From positions 50,809-114,808 of the IMG/VR virus record IMGVR_UViG_3300044642_000074: a DNA stretch of 64,000 nt; one strand, 5' to 3'. Numbering within the stretch: position 1 is the first letter of the stretch; each line of letters opens with the position of its first letter. The notes under the pieces were generated by a model. That model had not been told where the DNA came from. It did not search any database and saw nothing but the letters and a program-made list of their open reading frames with translations. This document shows, one piece after another, positions 37,663-46,367 of the stretch. Source of the stretch: a virus. The position numbers and the translations under genes were made by a program.

Positions 37663-38089
37663 AATTACTCTTTAAGGTTTTAAGGATACTAGTGTACTTG
37701 TGTTGGAAAGGCTCACAGGTTTCTAACAGGTTTTTGCAGGCTGTTATGGCATGGATCACTGTTGTATGATCTTTACCCAGAAACTTACCAATGACGGTAA
37801 GGTTATACCCCATTTGCCTGGCCAGTAGGCAGAAGATGTTTCTTAGTTCTACTAAAGGCCGGTTCCTGCTTCTGCTTTGCAGACACGTGGGTTTGTCAAA
37901 GAAAACAGGCATGAAAGGTTTAAGGTTATCCTCTAACATTTCAAGAGACATGATTGGTATTTCAGCGTTTTCTGAGGTATACATTTGGGTTATTACTGTT
38001 GGGTAATAGCCCAGTTTGTTATAAAACACTGACTTAAATTCTGTAATCAGTTTTTTTTCAAGCATAGCTGCGTAGCTTTTTGAATCCAT
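37595..38089 (-). CDS. Stand-alone DnaA C-terminal (domain IV) HTH protein
   Basis: SRSRNRPLVELRNIFCLLARQ...IGKFLGKDHTTVIHA matches the DnaA domain IV DHTTV signature; no AAA+ domain. Confidence 0.8.
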   Translation of the reverse strand: MDSKSYAAMLEKKLITEFKSVFYNKLGYYPTVITQMYTSENAEIPIMSLEMLEDNLKPFMPVFFDKPTCLQSRSRNRPLVELRNIFCLLARQMGYNLTVIGKFLGKDHTTVIHAITACKNLLETCEPFQHKYTSILKTLKSNYESSTLDDTDQVQCEPEPAVLP

Positions 38090-38106
38090 AAATCTTGGAG
38101 GTTTAG

Positions 38107-38173
38107 TCTACAAATATAGGTTAGTTCTACAATATTACGTATATTATATTGTAGAGTATTTAAAAAGTCTACA
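38107..38173. promoter_or_regulatory. Divergent control region between the replication and lysis operons
   Basis: Minus-strand TATATTTG (Bacteroidetes -7 element), four TCTACA/TGTAGA copies, inverted repeat TCTACAATAT...ATATTGTAGA, GTATATTATATTGTA element. Confidence 0.65.
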
Positions 38174-38200
38174 TAATTTAAGTTTATAAACCTTTATATA

Positions 38201-38473
38201 ATGGCAAAGAAGTTTTACGCCCAGAAGGATGTCCTGGGTTTTCCTATTCCTGGTACTATGATGAGTGGAGAAAAGGTTCCTGCCAACTTGATTGAGATTC
38301 CTGCACAGAATGTTGCTCCTGGAGCTGGTCAAGTAGCTGTACCACACCCTGGTGATCTTCGCTATTTCGTACGTAAGGACAAGAGTGGAAAGATCATCCC
38401 TAACTCACTGATTATCAGTTTAAAAAAGCCTGCTGGGGATGTTTATGAGTTTAAACTTATAAAGGCTAGCTAA
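38201..38473 (+). CDS. Hypothetical protein
   Basis: 90 aa, first gene of the plus-strand operon. Confidence 0.7.
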   Translation: MAKKFYAQKDVLGFPIPGTMMSGEKVPANLIEIPAQNVAPGAGQVAVPHPGDLRYFVRKDKSGKIIPNSLIISLKKPAGDVYEFKLIKAS

Positions 38474-38475
38474 TC

Positions 38476-38781
38476 ATGCAGAGAGAAAGTTCAGCTATAG
38501 CAGCATTTAAAGTCTGGGTTTTCCCTAGTCTTGTGTCTATTATAAGTCTGTTAATCTGGAATGACGTCAACGAGATAAAGGCTGATGTCAAGGCTCTTAT
38601 GGCCCAGTCTAACATTGATAAGACCAGGATTGATAATCTTGAGCGACAGGTTTACGGATCTAAGACTGCTAGTCTACCTGAGAAACCTGCTCAGAAGCCT
38701 CCGTTTTTGAATGAACTGTACGCAGTTCTACCGTCTCCGGAGAAGAAACATAAATATAAAAAGATACTATATGACTTTTAA
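38476..38781 (+). CDS. Single-TM coiled-coil protein, possible holin/antiholin
   Basis: N-terminal TM plus coiled coil, within the lysis cassette. Confidence 0.5.
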   Translation: MQRESSAIAAFKVWVFPSLVSIISLLIWNDVNEIKADVKALMAQSNIDKTRIDNLERQVYGSKTASLPEKPAQKPPFLNELYAVLPSPEKKHKYKKILYDF

Positions 38782-39019
38782 ACAATGGATTCTAGATCTA
38801 TTCAAAGATGAGAGAGGTTCTACCTCGATCAAACCTGTTGTAGGTTTTATGGGGGCCTTGTTTCTCTGTATAACTCTTACTGCTAACTCTTTTACTCACG
38901 GTGATATTAAACCTTCTGATGCTCTTGTGGATGCTGTACTGATTATGACCTGTGTAGGTATTGGAGCAGACAGTGTAGATAAATTTAGCCACAAGAAAAA
39001 GAAAGAAGATGAAGCTTAG
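38771..39019 (+). CDS. Putative holin (2 TM)
   Basis: Start at MTFKQWIL; two TM segments and a highly charged C-terminus (KKKKEDEA). Confidence 0.55.
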   Translation: MTFKQWILDLFKDERGSTSIKPVVGFMGALFLCITLTANSFTHGDIKPSDALVDAVLIMTCVGIGADSVDKFSHKKKKEDEA

Positions 39020-39641
39020 TAAATATGCCATTATAGTTCTAGCAGTAATTGGTCTGATTATTTTATCCAGATTAGGTTGTAACAACGGTCTTGGGTTTTT
39101 TGATAAACCTACAGCAGACACTGTAGTTACTATTGATACTTTATGGCAAGAACATGATACAGTAATCTATAAAAAGGTACCTGTAAAAGAAATCATTTAC
39201 GACATAGATACTTTGCCTCCTCAGTATATTCCAGATACAAACTATGATAAGTTAAAAGAACAGTATGAGCTTCTTGTAAAAGAGCATGCTTCTAAAGTAA
39301 TTCAGTTTGATACACTTAGAATACCCCAGCTTAAAGGCGGATTTTATATAAAGGATACTGTTCAGTTTAATAAAATATCTGGAAGATCATTTGAAGCTGA
39401 TTATGTTATACCTGTTGTAAAAGAAACAATTACTATTACAAAAGAAACTCCTAAAAGGAATCAGCTATATATTGGAGGTGGTGTAAATACTGCTAAAACA
39501 TTTGTGCCTCAGTCACTAGAAGCGGGGCTTTTACTCAAAACTAAACGTGATCAGATAATGGGTGTAAAAGCCGGATCTGATATTAACGGTAATATAACAT
39601 ACGGCTTCCAGAGTTACTGGAAGATTGGATCTAAAAAATAA
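39009..39641 (+). CDS. Putative spanin-like envelope protein
   Basis: N-terminal TM/lipobox-like LGC, DT-rich segments, beta-rich C-terminus ending YWKIGSKK; lysis cassette. Confidence 0.5.
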   Translation: MKLSKYAIIVLAVIGLIILSRLGCNNGLGFFDKPTADTVVTIDTLWQEHDTVIYKKVPVKEIIYDIDTLPPQYIPDTNYDKLKEQYELLVKEHASKVIQFDTLRIPQLKGGFYIKDTVQFNKISGRSFEADYVIPVVKETITITKETPKRNQLYIGGGVNTAKTFVPQSLEAGLLLKTKRDQIMGVKAGSDINGNITYGFQSYWKIGSKK

Positions 39642-39647
39642 ATAAAC

Positions 39648-39809
39648 ATGAAAAGTATCGTAAAGATGCTTCTTGGTCTGTTTAAGAAAAAAGTTTCTAA
39701 ACAGGTTGAAGAAGTTAAAGAAAAGGTTATGCCTGTAGAGGTAGCTCCTGCACAAGAAAAAAAGAAGAAGAAATATTATCATCCTAAGCCTAAGAAAGCT
39801 AATATCTAA
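39648..39809 (+). CDS. Small Lys-rich protein (53 aa)
   Basis: MKSIVKMLLGLFKKK...KPKKANI*; fills the gap between spanin-like gene and lysin. Confidence 0.55.
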   Translation: MKSIVKMLLGLFKKKVSKQVEEVKEKVMPVEVAPAQEKKKKKYYHPKPKKANI

Positions 39810-39823
39810 TTAATCTGTATCCT

Positions 39824-40423
39824 ATGAATCTTGAAAAACTTAAAGGCCACGTGCCGGATTCTGTTATTGCACAGATTCCTGGTGTGATTGATAGCTTTGC
39901 TGTTAATACCCCACTTCGTTTGGCTCATTTTTTAGCTCAGTGTGGTCACGAGTCTGGTGGTTTCAGGCTTACGCAAGAGAATCTAAACTATTCAGCTAAA
40001 GGTCTTATGGGAATCTTCAAGAAGTATTTCCCTACAGAAGCTTTAGCTAATGCTTATGCACGTAAACCTGAAAAGATTGCTAACCGCGTTTATGGTTCAC
40101 GCATGGGTAATGGTCCCGAAGCTAGTGGTGAGGGTTACAAGTTCCGCGGTCGTGGTTATATTCAATTGACTGGTAAACAGAACTATACTGCATTTGATGC
40201 TACAGTACCTGAAAGTATTGTAGATAATCCAGACTTAGTGGCTACTAAATATCCTTTAGCTTCTGCTGCATGGTTCTGGAGCAAGAACGGTCTTAACACT
40301 CTTGCTGACAAAGGAGCTTCTGATATTAATGTTACTGCTATTACAAAGCGTGTAAACGGTGGTACAATCGGTTTGACAGATAGAATTAAACACTTCAAAG
40401 AATATCATAACCTGCTGGTATGA
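39824..40423 (+). CDS. Endolysin, glycoside hydrolase family 19
   Basis: HFLAQCGHESGGF, ENLNYS, FRGRGYIQLTGKQNY, SAAWFW, TKRVNGG. Confidence 0.92.
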   Translation: MNLEKLKGHVPDSVIAQIPGVIDSFAVNTPLRLAHFLAQCGHESGGFRLTQENLNYSAKGLMGIFKKYFPTEALANAYARKPEKIANRVYGSRMGNGPEASGEGYKFRGRGYIQLTGKQNYTAFDATVPESIVDNPDLVATKYPLASAAWFWSKNGLNTLADKGASDINVTAITKRVNGGTIGLTDRIKHFKEYHNLLV

Positions 40424-40463
40424 TAGGACATGTTATTAAAAACATACCTAAAAACTATAAGAT

Positions 40464-40598
40464 ATGGCTAAGGCCAAAGGCTCCAAAGCCGGAGAATCTA
40501 GAAAGGTCACCTTCGGTAAACGTAAAACAGGAAGAGCTGCTAAAAGCAGAGGACCTAAAGACAAAAAAGTCTCTAAGTACCAAGGACAGGGAAGATAA
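40464..40598 (+). CDS. Small basic peptide ending KYQGQGR (44 aa)
   Basis: MAKAKGSKAG...KKVSKYQGQGR*; resembles K-Y-R-G-Q-G-ending small phage proteins; better start context than the 40420 frame. Confidence 0.65.
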   Translation: MAKAKGSKAGESRKVTFGKRKTGRAAKSRGPKDKKVSKYQGQGR

Positions 40599-40632
40599 TT
40601 GTTTATAAAAACCAACCTCTAAAACTTATACT

Positions 40633-41115
40633 ATGAATCTTAGGGGTTTTTTTATTGTATTATTTTCTTTTTTGTGTGTATCAGTATACTCACAAAATAT
40701 TTTTATTGATAGTGTCCGTAATAACATAGCTACTGGTCCACTAACAGCTAACAAAAATCTGAGTTTTGGTGTGAAGAATATTCTAGCCGAAGTACTTCAG
40801 GATAAAGGTTTGGACTTACTTCCAAAAAAACAAGAAGCAGAACTTAGTCTAGTAACTGAGATCTACTTTTTTGATATTACACAAACCAATGCAGGTGTAT
40901 CTGTTTTTAAAAAGCAGAGTAACACTACAGTAATGGGTTTAAAGGGTAGCCTTTATAAAAACGGGAAACTAGTTAGTTCTAAAAAAGTAGAAGAATCCTC
41001 TTCAGAGGTAGTGATGGCTAATCTGGTAATTCCCGAAGACGGAAAACCTAATCAGCAATCAGTTAGTAATGTTATAAAAAAAGCCTGTCAAGCTTTAATT
41101 GACAAACTTCTATGA
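40633..41115 (+). CDS. Exported protein, possibly CsgG/LpoB-like alpha/beta fold
   Basis: Signal peptide SVYS|Q; LSFGVKNILAEVL resembles VGLGVTNIIVEYL of the 44221 protein. Confidence 0.5.
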   Translation: MNLRGFFIVLFSFLCVSVYSQNIFIDSVRNNIATGPLTANKNLSFGVKNILAEVLQDKGLDLLPKKQEAELSLVTEIYFFDITQTNAGVSVFKKQSNTTVMGLKGSLYKNGKLVSSKKVEESSSEVVMANLVIPEDGKPNQQSVSNVIKKACQALIDKLL

Positions 41116-43013
41116 AAAAACTTTTGCTTGCCTGCTTAGCTATAGTGTTTACTAGTTTGGGTTATTCTCAAACTATTGGTCATTTCCAACAGTTAGCTTC
41201 TGTTAAAAGAGGGGACACTTTAGATGTGGCCTGGTATTATCAACCAAGTGGTTCAGTTGATGTCAGAACATTTCAGGTAGATTTTCAGTTTAAAAAGCAT
41301 CTGTTTACTCACATAAGTACTACTATTGATACACCATATGTTACTGTTGGTAGACAACCGCAGCTTGGGTACAATCAGTTTAATAACTTTAAGTATGACA
41401 ACTACGTAAACGGAAACTATACTTATGGAGCTGATACTAACTGGGCAGTTGGACGTAACTATTTAACACTTCCTGCTGGCAGTGGTTTTGGTACTGGTAA
41501 TGGATATATTATCCATAATAAGTTTAAGATTAATGAAGTACAGTCTAACTTTGTATCTGATACAATTACTGTTAACTGGGCTCGTCTCTTTAAAGTAGAT
41601 GGAACTACTATTGGAGATAACGTAGCAACTCTTACAAATAAGAAGCTTGCTATTTTCTTACAGGGTAACTTGACTATCTCAGGAAAGATCTGGATGGGGT
41701 CTAATACCGGCTTGCCAACGATTATTGCATATGCTGATAATACAGGTATTGAGGTTTCTCGTACAGTTCCTGCAGCCAATGGTACATATACTCTGACAAA
41801 TATAGAACAGAATACTAAGTATAAGATAAAGGTTGTTTTCTCAAGAGATAGTCTAATCACAATGCGTGATCGTGCAGTAACTATTGCTGATGCTGTGAAG
41901 ACTTATAATGAATTTACCGGAGCTAATGTTAGCCAGACATTCCCAAGAACTTTCTTGACAAACGGTCTTGCTTATTTGATTGCAGATGTCAGCCGAAACG
42001 GAGTCTTAGATGGTGGTGATCCTTATGGAATTTATGCTTCTGTATCAGGTCTAAGACCAATTGATACTGCACGTCTTGTAAATGTTTTCTTAAAGAATGA
42101 GTTTGATTCTTTGGCCATAGCAGCAAATCAGTGGACTAGTTGGGCAAGTAATGTAGACAAGGGTCTGTTTGTATTTGACTCTGTAGGTACTGTTAATAAT
42201 ACTAACGTAGACATTAAATACTTCTTATTGGGTGACGTAGACCGCTCACATTCTTCACCTGTGTTTAATGCACAAGGTCAGCAAGTTGCCCGTACAATCT
42301 ATAAGGGAAATATAAATGTTAGAATCCCAGATACTTATACAAACTCTAGTGATCCTCTCTATGTACCCTTCAATGTAAGTTATGCTAGTTATAAAAATAC
42401 AGGGTTACAGTTTGAGATGAAGTATGATCCTGCTGTTGTTAGGTTTGACCAGATTCAGTCTAACATAGATGGTCCATGGCTTCAATATGTGACTAACGAT
42501 AGTATTGCTGGTATCATCAGATTTGGTGGTATGAACAACCAAACAACCGGATATTTAAGTGGTGACTTTACTCCTTATAAGCTAAAGTTTTCTCCTAAAA
42601 ATCTAGGAACAAACATAACAAGTTACGTATATGTTAGACGTCTTATGGATGCTAGTGATGAGAACGGTGATCATTATAACATCGTACTTCAGTCAGATAG
42701 AATTGTTCTTAGCTACCGTATGAACGGTGCTACCTCTGTCTTTACAAATATGGAGCCTACTGTAAATGTTAGTCCTAATCCTAATACAGGTCAGTTTGAA
42801 CTAGTGGTATTTGTACCGCGTAACTCAACTATGAAAGCCGTGGTGTATGATATGAACGGAAAATTGATTAGAGAGTTAGGCAACTTTAAGACTGAAGATG
42901 CTGAGCAAAAATTTCGTAAAACCGTACCTACAGGGGACCTTCCTGCCGGTATGTATAATATAGTACTCTTTGATAACCGTAAGAGATATACTACTAAAAT
43001 GATTAAATCCTAA
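41112..43013 (+). CDS. T9SS substrate with cohesin-like, Ig-like and dockerin-like domains (scaffoldin-like)
   Basis: Signal LGYS|Q; GDTLDV...TFQVDFQF; ADVSRNGVLDGGD...LGDVDRSHS; TGLQFEMKYDPAVVRF; type A CTD SPNPNTGQF...VYDMNGKLI...LPAGMY...TTKMIKS. Confidence 0.8.
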   Translation: MKKLLLACLAIVFTSLGYSQTIGHFQQLASVKRGDTLDVAWYYQPSGSVDVRTFQVDFQFKKHLFTHISTTIDTPYVTVGRQPQLGYNQFNNFKYDNYVNGNYTYGADTNWAVGRNYLTLPAGSGFGTGNGYIIHNKFKINEVQSNFVSDTITVNWARLFKVDGTTIGDNVATLTNKKLAIFLQGNLTISGKIWMGSNTGLPTIIAYADNTGIEVSRTVPAANGTYTLTNIEQNTKYKIKVVFSRDSLITMRDRAVTIADAVKTYNEFTGANVSQTFPRTFLTNGLAYLIADVSRNGVLDGGDPYGIYASVSGLRPIDTARLVNVFLKNEFDSLAIAANQWTSWASNVDKGLFVFDSVGTVNNTNVDIKYFLLGDVDRSHSSPVFNAQGQQVARTIYKGNINVRIPDTYTNSSDPLYVPFNVSYASYKNTGLQFEMKYDPAVVRFDQIQSNIDGPWLQYVTNDSIAGIIRFGGMNNQTTGYLSGDFTPYKLKFSPKNLGTNITSYVYVRRLMDASDENGDHYNIVLQSDRIVLSYRMNGATSVFTNMEPTVNVSPNPNTGQFELVVFVPRNSTMKAVVYDMNGKLIRELGNFKTEDAEQKFRKTVPTGDLPAGMYNIVLFDNRKRYTTKMIKS

Positions 43014-43017
43014 TACT

Positions 43018-43335
43018 ATGTCAGAAGAACAAGTTCAACAAGAAGAAGGTACCTGGTCAAGTCTTAAGAAGACTATTGTAGGTACACTTGCTACAGTTAT
43101 TACTGGTGGTGGAGCTTATGTAGCTACCACATTATTTGGTGGAGGTGACGCTGCTCAACCTGCAGCTCCTGCTCAGCCAAGTATCATCATTAATAATACA
43201 CAGCAACAACAGCAGCAACAGGCTGCCGGTAAGACCGTTATAATTAAAGAGGCAGCTCCTGCCGCAGCTAAACCTGCAGAAGAGAAACCTAAGCCTAAGA
43301 AAGATGACTGGGCTAAAGAAGAACCAAAGTGGTAA
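43018..43335 (+). CDS. Single-TM protein with Pro/Ala/Gln-rich tail
   Basis: TIVGTLATVITGGGAYVATTLF, poly-Q, PAA repeats. Confidence 0.7.
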   Translation: MSEEQVQQEEGTWSSLKKTIVGTLATVITGGGAYVATTLFGGGDAAQPAAPAQPSIIINNTQQQQQQQAAGKTVIIKEAAPAAAKPAEEKPKPKKDDWAKEEPKW

Positions 43336-43351
43336 TTTATAAACAAACTAT

Positions 43352-43969
43352 ATGACTAAGGAAAAAACAAACGAAACTGGTTTTCAAGCTTTATTGAACG
43401 CTATGATGAAAAGACGCTGGTTTATTACAGCGTTAGTACTAGGATCTTTTATGTTGATAATCGGTGGTATATTCTCCGCTATCACATATAGCACTCCGAT
43501 TCAGGGTGAATGGAAAGAACTTTTACTACTCTTACTTGGTGCCTTTATTGGTAGTTATGGTAAGATCATTGACTACTGGTTTTCTGATACAGACAAAGAC
43601 AAGATGCTTGTCCAGAAGATGGATGAGGAAGACGGTGTTAGTCTGTCTCATACCAACGACATGAAAGAGTCAGCTAAACCTGCTAGTACCAGTCTTGTAG
43701 ACCCAACCTTTGCCGCATTTGCCGCAAAAGCTGCGGAGAATAAAGAACCAATCACCGCAGAAACAAAATCTGCTGAAGCTGCACCTGCTAAAAAAGGTGT
43801 AGAGATTGATGAAGATGGAGACGGTGTTATGGACGGTCTTGACTTTGATGGTGACGGTAAGATTGACGAATACTTTGCACACAGACAGTGTGAGCATATT
43901 TGGGGTGACGCTGATGGAGACGGTGATGAAGAGTGCCTTAAGTGTGGCAAGATAAAAGATCCGGAATAA
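43352..43969 (+). CDS. Two-TM membrane protein with DxDxDG Ca-binding-like repeats and a Cys/His tail
   Basis: LLLGAFIGSYGKIIDYWF; DEDGDG, DFDGDG, DADGDG; CEH...CLKC. Confidence 0.75.
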   Translation: MTKEKTNETGFQALLNAMMKRRWFITALVLGSFMLIIGGIFSAITYSTPIQGEWKELLLLLLGAFIGSYGKIIDYWFSDTDKDKMLVQKMDEEDGVSLSHTNDMKESAKPASTSLVDPTFAAFAAKAAENKEPITAETKSAEAAPAKKGVEIDEDGDGVMDGLDFDGDGKIDEYFAHRQCEHIWGDADGDGDEECLKCGKIKDPE

Positions 43970-44002
43970 TATTTTTCACTTAATCCTGTAACATGGAAGC
44001 TG

Positions 44003-44224
44003 ATGAACAAAAGAAACAGACTAAAGATTTTACGTTCCTCTCGGGATATAAGCTTGATGTTGGCAATGTTCTTTTTGCCATTAGGTTACGATCTTTTATT
44101 CAAGACGCTCTTAAACATCACGGGCAGTTTTTGGGTTACCGATATCATATTTTATTGTATATCAGGCTTATTCTGGCTGCTTTACTTTTTATTATCCAAG
44201 ACTTTAAAGTCTAATAATGTATGA
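44003..44224 (+). CDS. Small two-TM membrane protein
   Basis: 73 aa, basic N-terminus and two hydrophobic segments; 4-nt overlap with the next gene. Confidence 0.6.
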   Translation: MNKRNRLKILRSSRDISLMLAMFFLPLGYDLLFKTLLNITGSFWVTDIIFYCISGLFWLLYFLLSKTLKSNNV

Positions 44225-44982
44225 AAACTACCAAAGAAAATCTAAGAATAATCCTATTGGTTGGTTTATGGTTCTTGTTTATGTTTTTAATCAGTTCTGT
44301 ACTAACTAAGTGTACTGCTCAAACTGTAGGATCTACAAAAACAGAACAATACCAAGCTGGTTTTGAAAAGAAAGTAAACATTGATTCCTTGATGGACTAT
44401 GACGGTCCAACTATTCCTGTTCAGTTGTTGAATATAGGAATCAGTGAAGAGGTGTATGCTATATACCCAGAACTTAAAGACAAACGTGTCGGTCTGGGCG
44501 TTACTAATATCATTGTTGAGTATCTGGAGGAAACCGGTAGGTTCACCTTTACAGAAGATAAGACAGAGATCAAGAACCGTATGGTAAAACAGTTTCAGGC
44601 ATCTGCCTCAGGTTTTACCGAGAATAAGCTTGACGGTAAAGGCAAGATAAAACTTGCCCGTTATTTTGTTTACATAGAAGTGTATGACTTCTCTGTATCT
44701 GTAGATGAGGAGTTGAAGCTTAAAGATGGTGTTAAAGAAACTATGGTTACACGCCTTGGTCTACAAGCCAAGTTTGTAGATGCTGAAACAGGAGAATACT
44801 TCACTGCCTCAGGTCTTGGAGAAGCTAAAACAGTTAGAGAGCTTACTCTTCTTAATGATGATAACCTCTCTGAGATTAAGTTCAACCAATCAACGATTGG
44901 TATCACTACTAAGAAAGCTCTGGAAACAGCGGCTTCAAGAGTAGTTCTGCGTATGATAAAGAAGCAGATCTTTAAAAACTAG
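44221..44982 (+). CDS. CsgG/HfaB-family protein (curli assembly/transport-like)
   Basis: Signal KCTA|Q; GLGVTNIIVEYLEETGRFTFTE...LARYFVYIEVYDF...LGLQAKFVDAETGEY...KKALETA. Confidence 0.7.
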   Translation: MKTTKENLRIILLVGLWFLFMFLISSVLTKCTAQTVGSTKTEQYQAGFEKKVNIDSLMDYDGPTIPVQLLNIGISEEVYAIYPELKDKRVGLGVTNIIVEYLEETGRFTFTEDKTEIKNRMVKQFQASASGFTENKLDGKGKIKLARYFVYIEVYDFSVSVDEELKLKDGVKETMVTRLGLQAKFVDAETGEYFTASGLGEAKTVRELTLLNDDNLSEIKFNQSTIGITTKKALETAASRVVLRMIKKQIFKN

Positions 44983-46367
44983 TGTGGCACCGCGCCTTTT
45001 ATATCATATTATTGCTTGCTTTTACTTTGACTGCAAGAAGTCAGGTGTTGACGTATCCGTTTACAGATCCTTGTACAAAGGTCGTGACTACGTTTACAAT
45101 ACCTGTAACGGGTAATACTACTATTTACTTTCTGGGAAAATCAGCCTCGTTTACTGCAGCAGATGTCAGTAGCGGGGCTTTTGCTGTTTGGATCAATACT
45201 ACTTATACTGACTATAGAAAGATCTCACCGTGTGGTCAGCAATCTGGGCAGGTTACACAGAATCAGATTACCAGTCAGATAATAGGTAACACTGTACAAA
45301 GCGTGGTGGGGTCTATAATGAGTTCTGCACAGAGTCAGGCTACTTCATCAGTAGTTTCTAGTGGAACAGGTTCATCTGGAGGTGCATCTAATGCAAGCTC
45401 TAAGGATAATAAAGATTCTAAATCTAATAAAAATGGGAATTCTTCTAATAGCTCTACTAATAGTTCTTCTAATAATCAGTCTGAAAGTTCGACAAGCTCT
45501 TCTAGTTCTGGGGAAACTACTTCTAGTAATGGTGGCTCTAGCAGTAGCAATAGCAGTGGCTCATCTTCATCTAATAAAAAGTCTTCTACAGAAGAGTCTC
45601 AAGAAGTTGCAGCATCAACCACGATGAGTGCTGATGCGTCTGCTGATAAATCAGGAGGGGATAACAGTTCTTCTTCAAAAGGTAGTGGTAAATCAGGCGG
45701 TAAAGGTGGAGTTAATAATCCAATAATTGTTTCATCTGACTTTACTACGGCACAGAACCTGGATAAAACTTTTACTCCCATCTTGAATCTTTCTATGAGT
45801 CAGTCATCTTTGACTGGTAAGACAAGTTGGGGAATGACCGGGATGATTTGGTTTAACTTTAAGCAGTTTGCTCTTAGTGGTAAGTATACCAAAATGAGTG
45901 TAAACAAGAGCGGTAAGCTGAAGTATATATCTAATGTTGCTCTCACTGCAGTGTATAGCTACGGAAACATCTTGGGTTTTATTGGGTACAGTGGTATTCT
46001 AAATGCCGGCAAGTATGGTGTTACAGGTTTCAACTTATCAGGTGCAGCAAGTGTAATATCTGAAGATGATAATACATTTTTTAGTCCTTCTATCACTGCG
46101 TTCTATACTAAGCCTTTTTACTTAAATAAACGAAAGAGGCTCACTATTTCACCTGAACTGTATATTATTTCCACACCGCTAATTTATTCTACTAAAGATA
46201 AAGTGACTCAAAGTGACAGAACTTTTAGTTTCTTTGCAGGAAGTGGTTTTGACTATCAGATAAGCAAGCGGTTTAAAGTTAATCTAAACTATAAGCTAAA
46301 TGCTAGTACAAACCGTGAGTTTCCTATTCTAAGCTTCTTTTTAATAGGAAGTAAAGTAAACCTATGA
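44982..46367 (+). CDS. Exported protein with Ser-rich linker and predicted C-terminal outer-membrane beta-barrel
   Basis: GTG start, signal TARS|Q, paired Cys, long S/N/G/K linker, amphipathic strands ending FFLIGSKVNL. Confidence 0.65.
   Translation: MWHRAFYIILLLAFTLTARSQVLTYPFTDPCTKVVTTFTIPVTGNTTIYFLGKSASFTAADVSSGAFAVWINTTYTDYRKISPCGQQSGQVTQNQITSQIIGNTVQSVVGSIMSSAQSQATSSVVSSGTGSSGGASNASSKDNKDSKSNKNGNSSNSSTNSSSNNQSESSTSSSSSGETTSSNGGSSSSNSSGSSSSNKKSSTEESQEVAASTTMSADASADKSGGDNSSSSKGSGKSGGKGGVNNPIIVSSDFTTAQNLDKTFTPILNLSMSQSSLTGKTSWGMTGMIWFNFKQFALSGKYTKMSVNKSGKLKYISNVALTAVYSYGNILGFIGYSGILNAGKYGVTGFNLSGAASVISEDDNTFFSPSITAFYTKPFYLNKRKRLTISPELYIISTPLIYSTKDKVTQSDRTFSFFAGSGFDYQISKRFKVNLNYKLNASTNREFPILSFFLIGSKVNL

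Noticed and set aside
40420-40608. 62-aa ORF-track call after the lysin
   Set aside because: The alternative frame 40464-40598 has an A-rich start context and a recognisable C-terminal motif
45340-45720. Curlin (CsgA-like) repeats in the Ser/Asn/Gly-rich tract
   Set aside because: No regular Q-x-G-x-x-N periodicity; reads as a disordered linker
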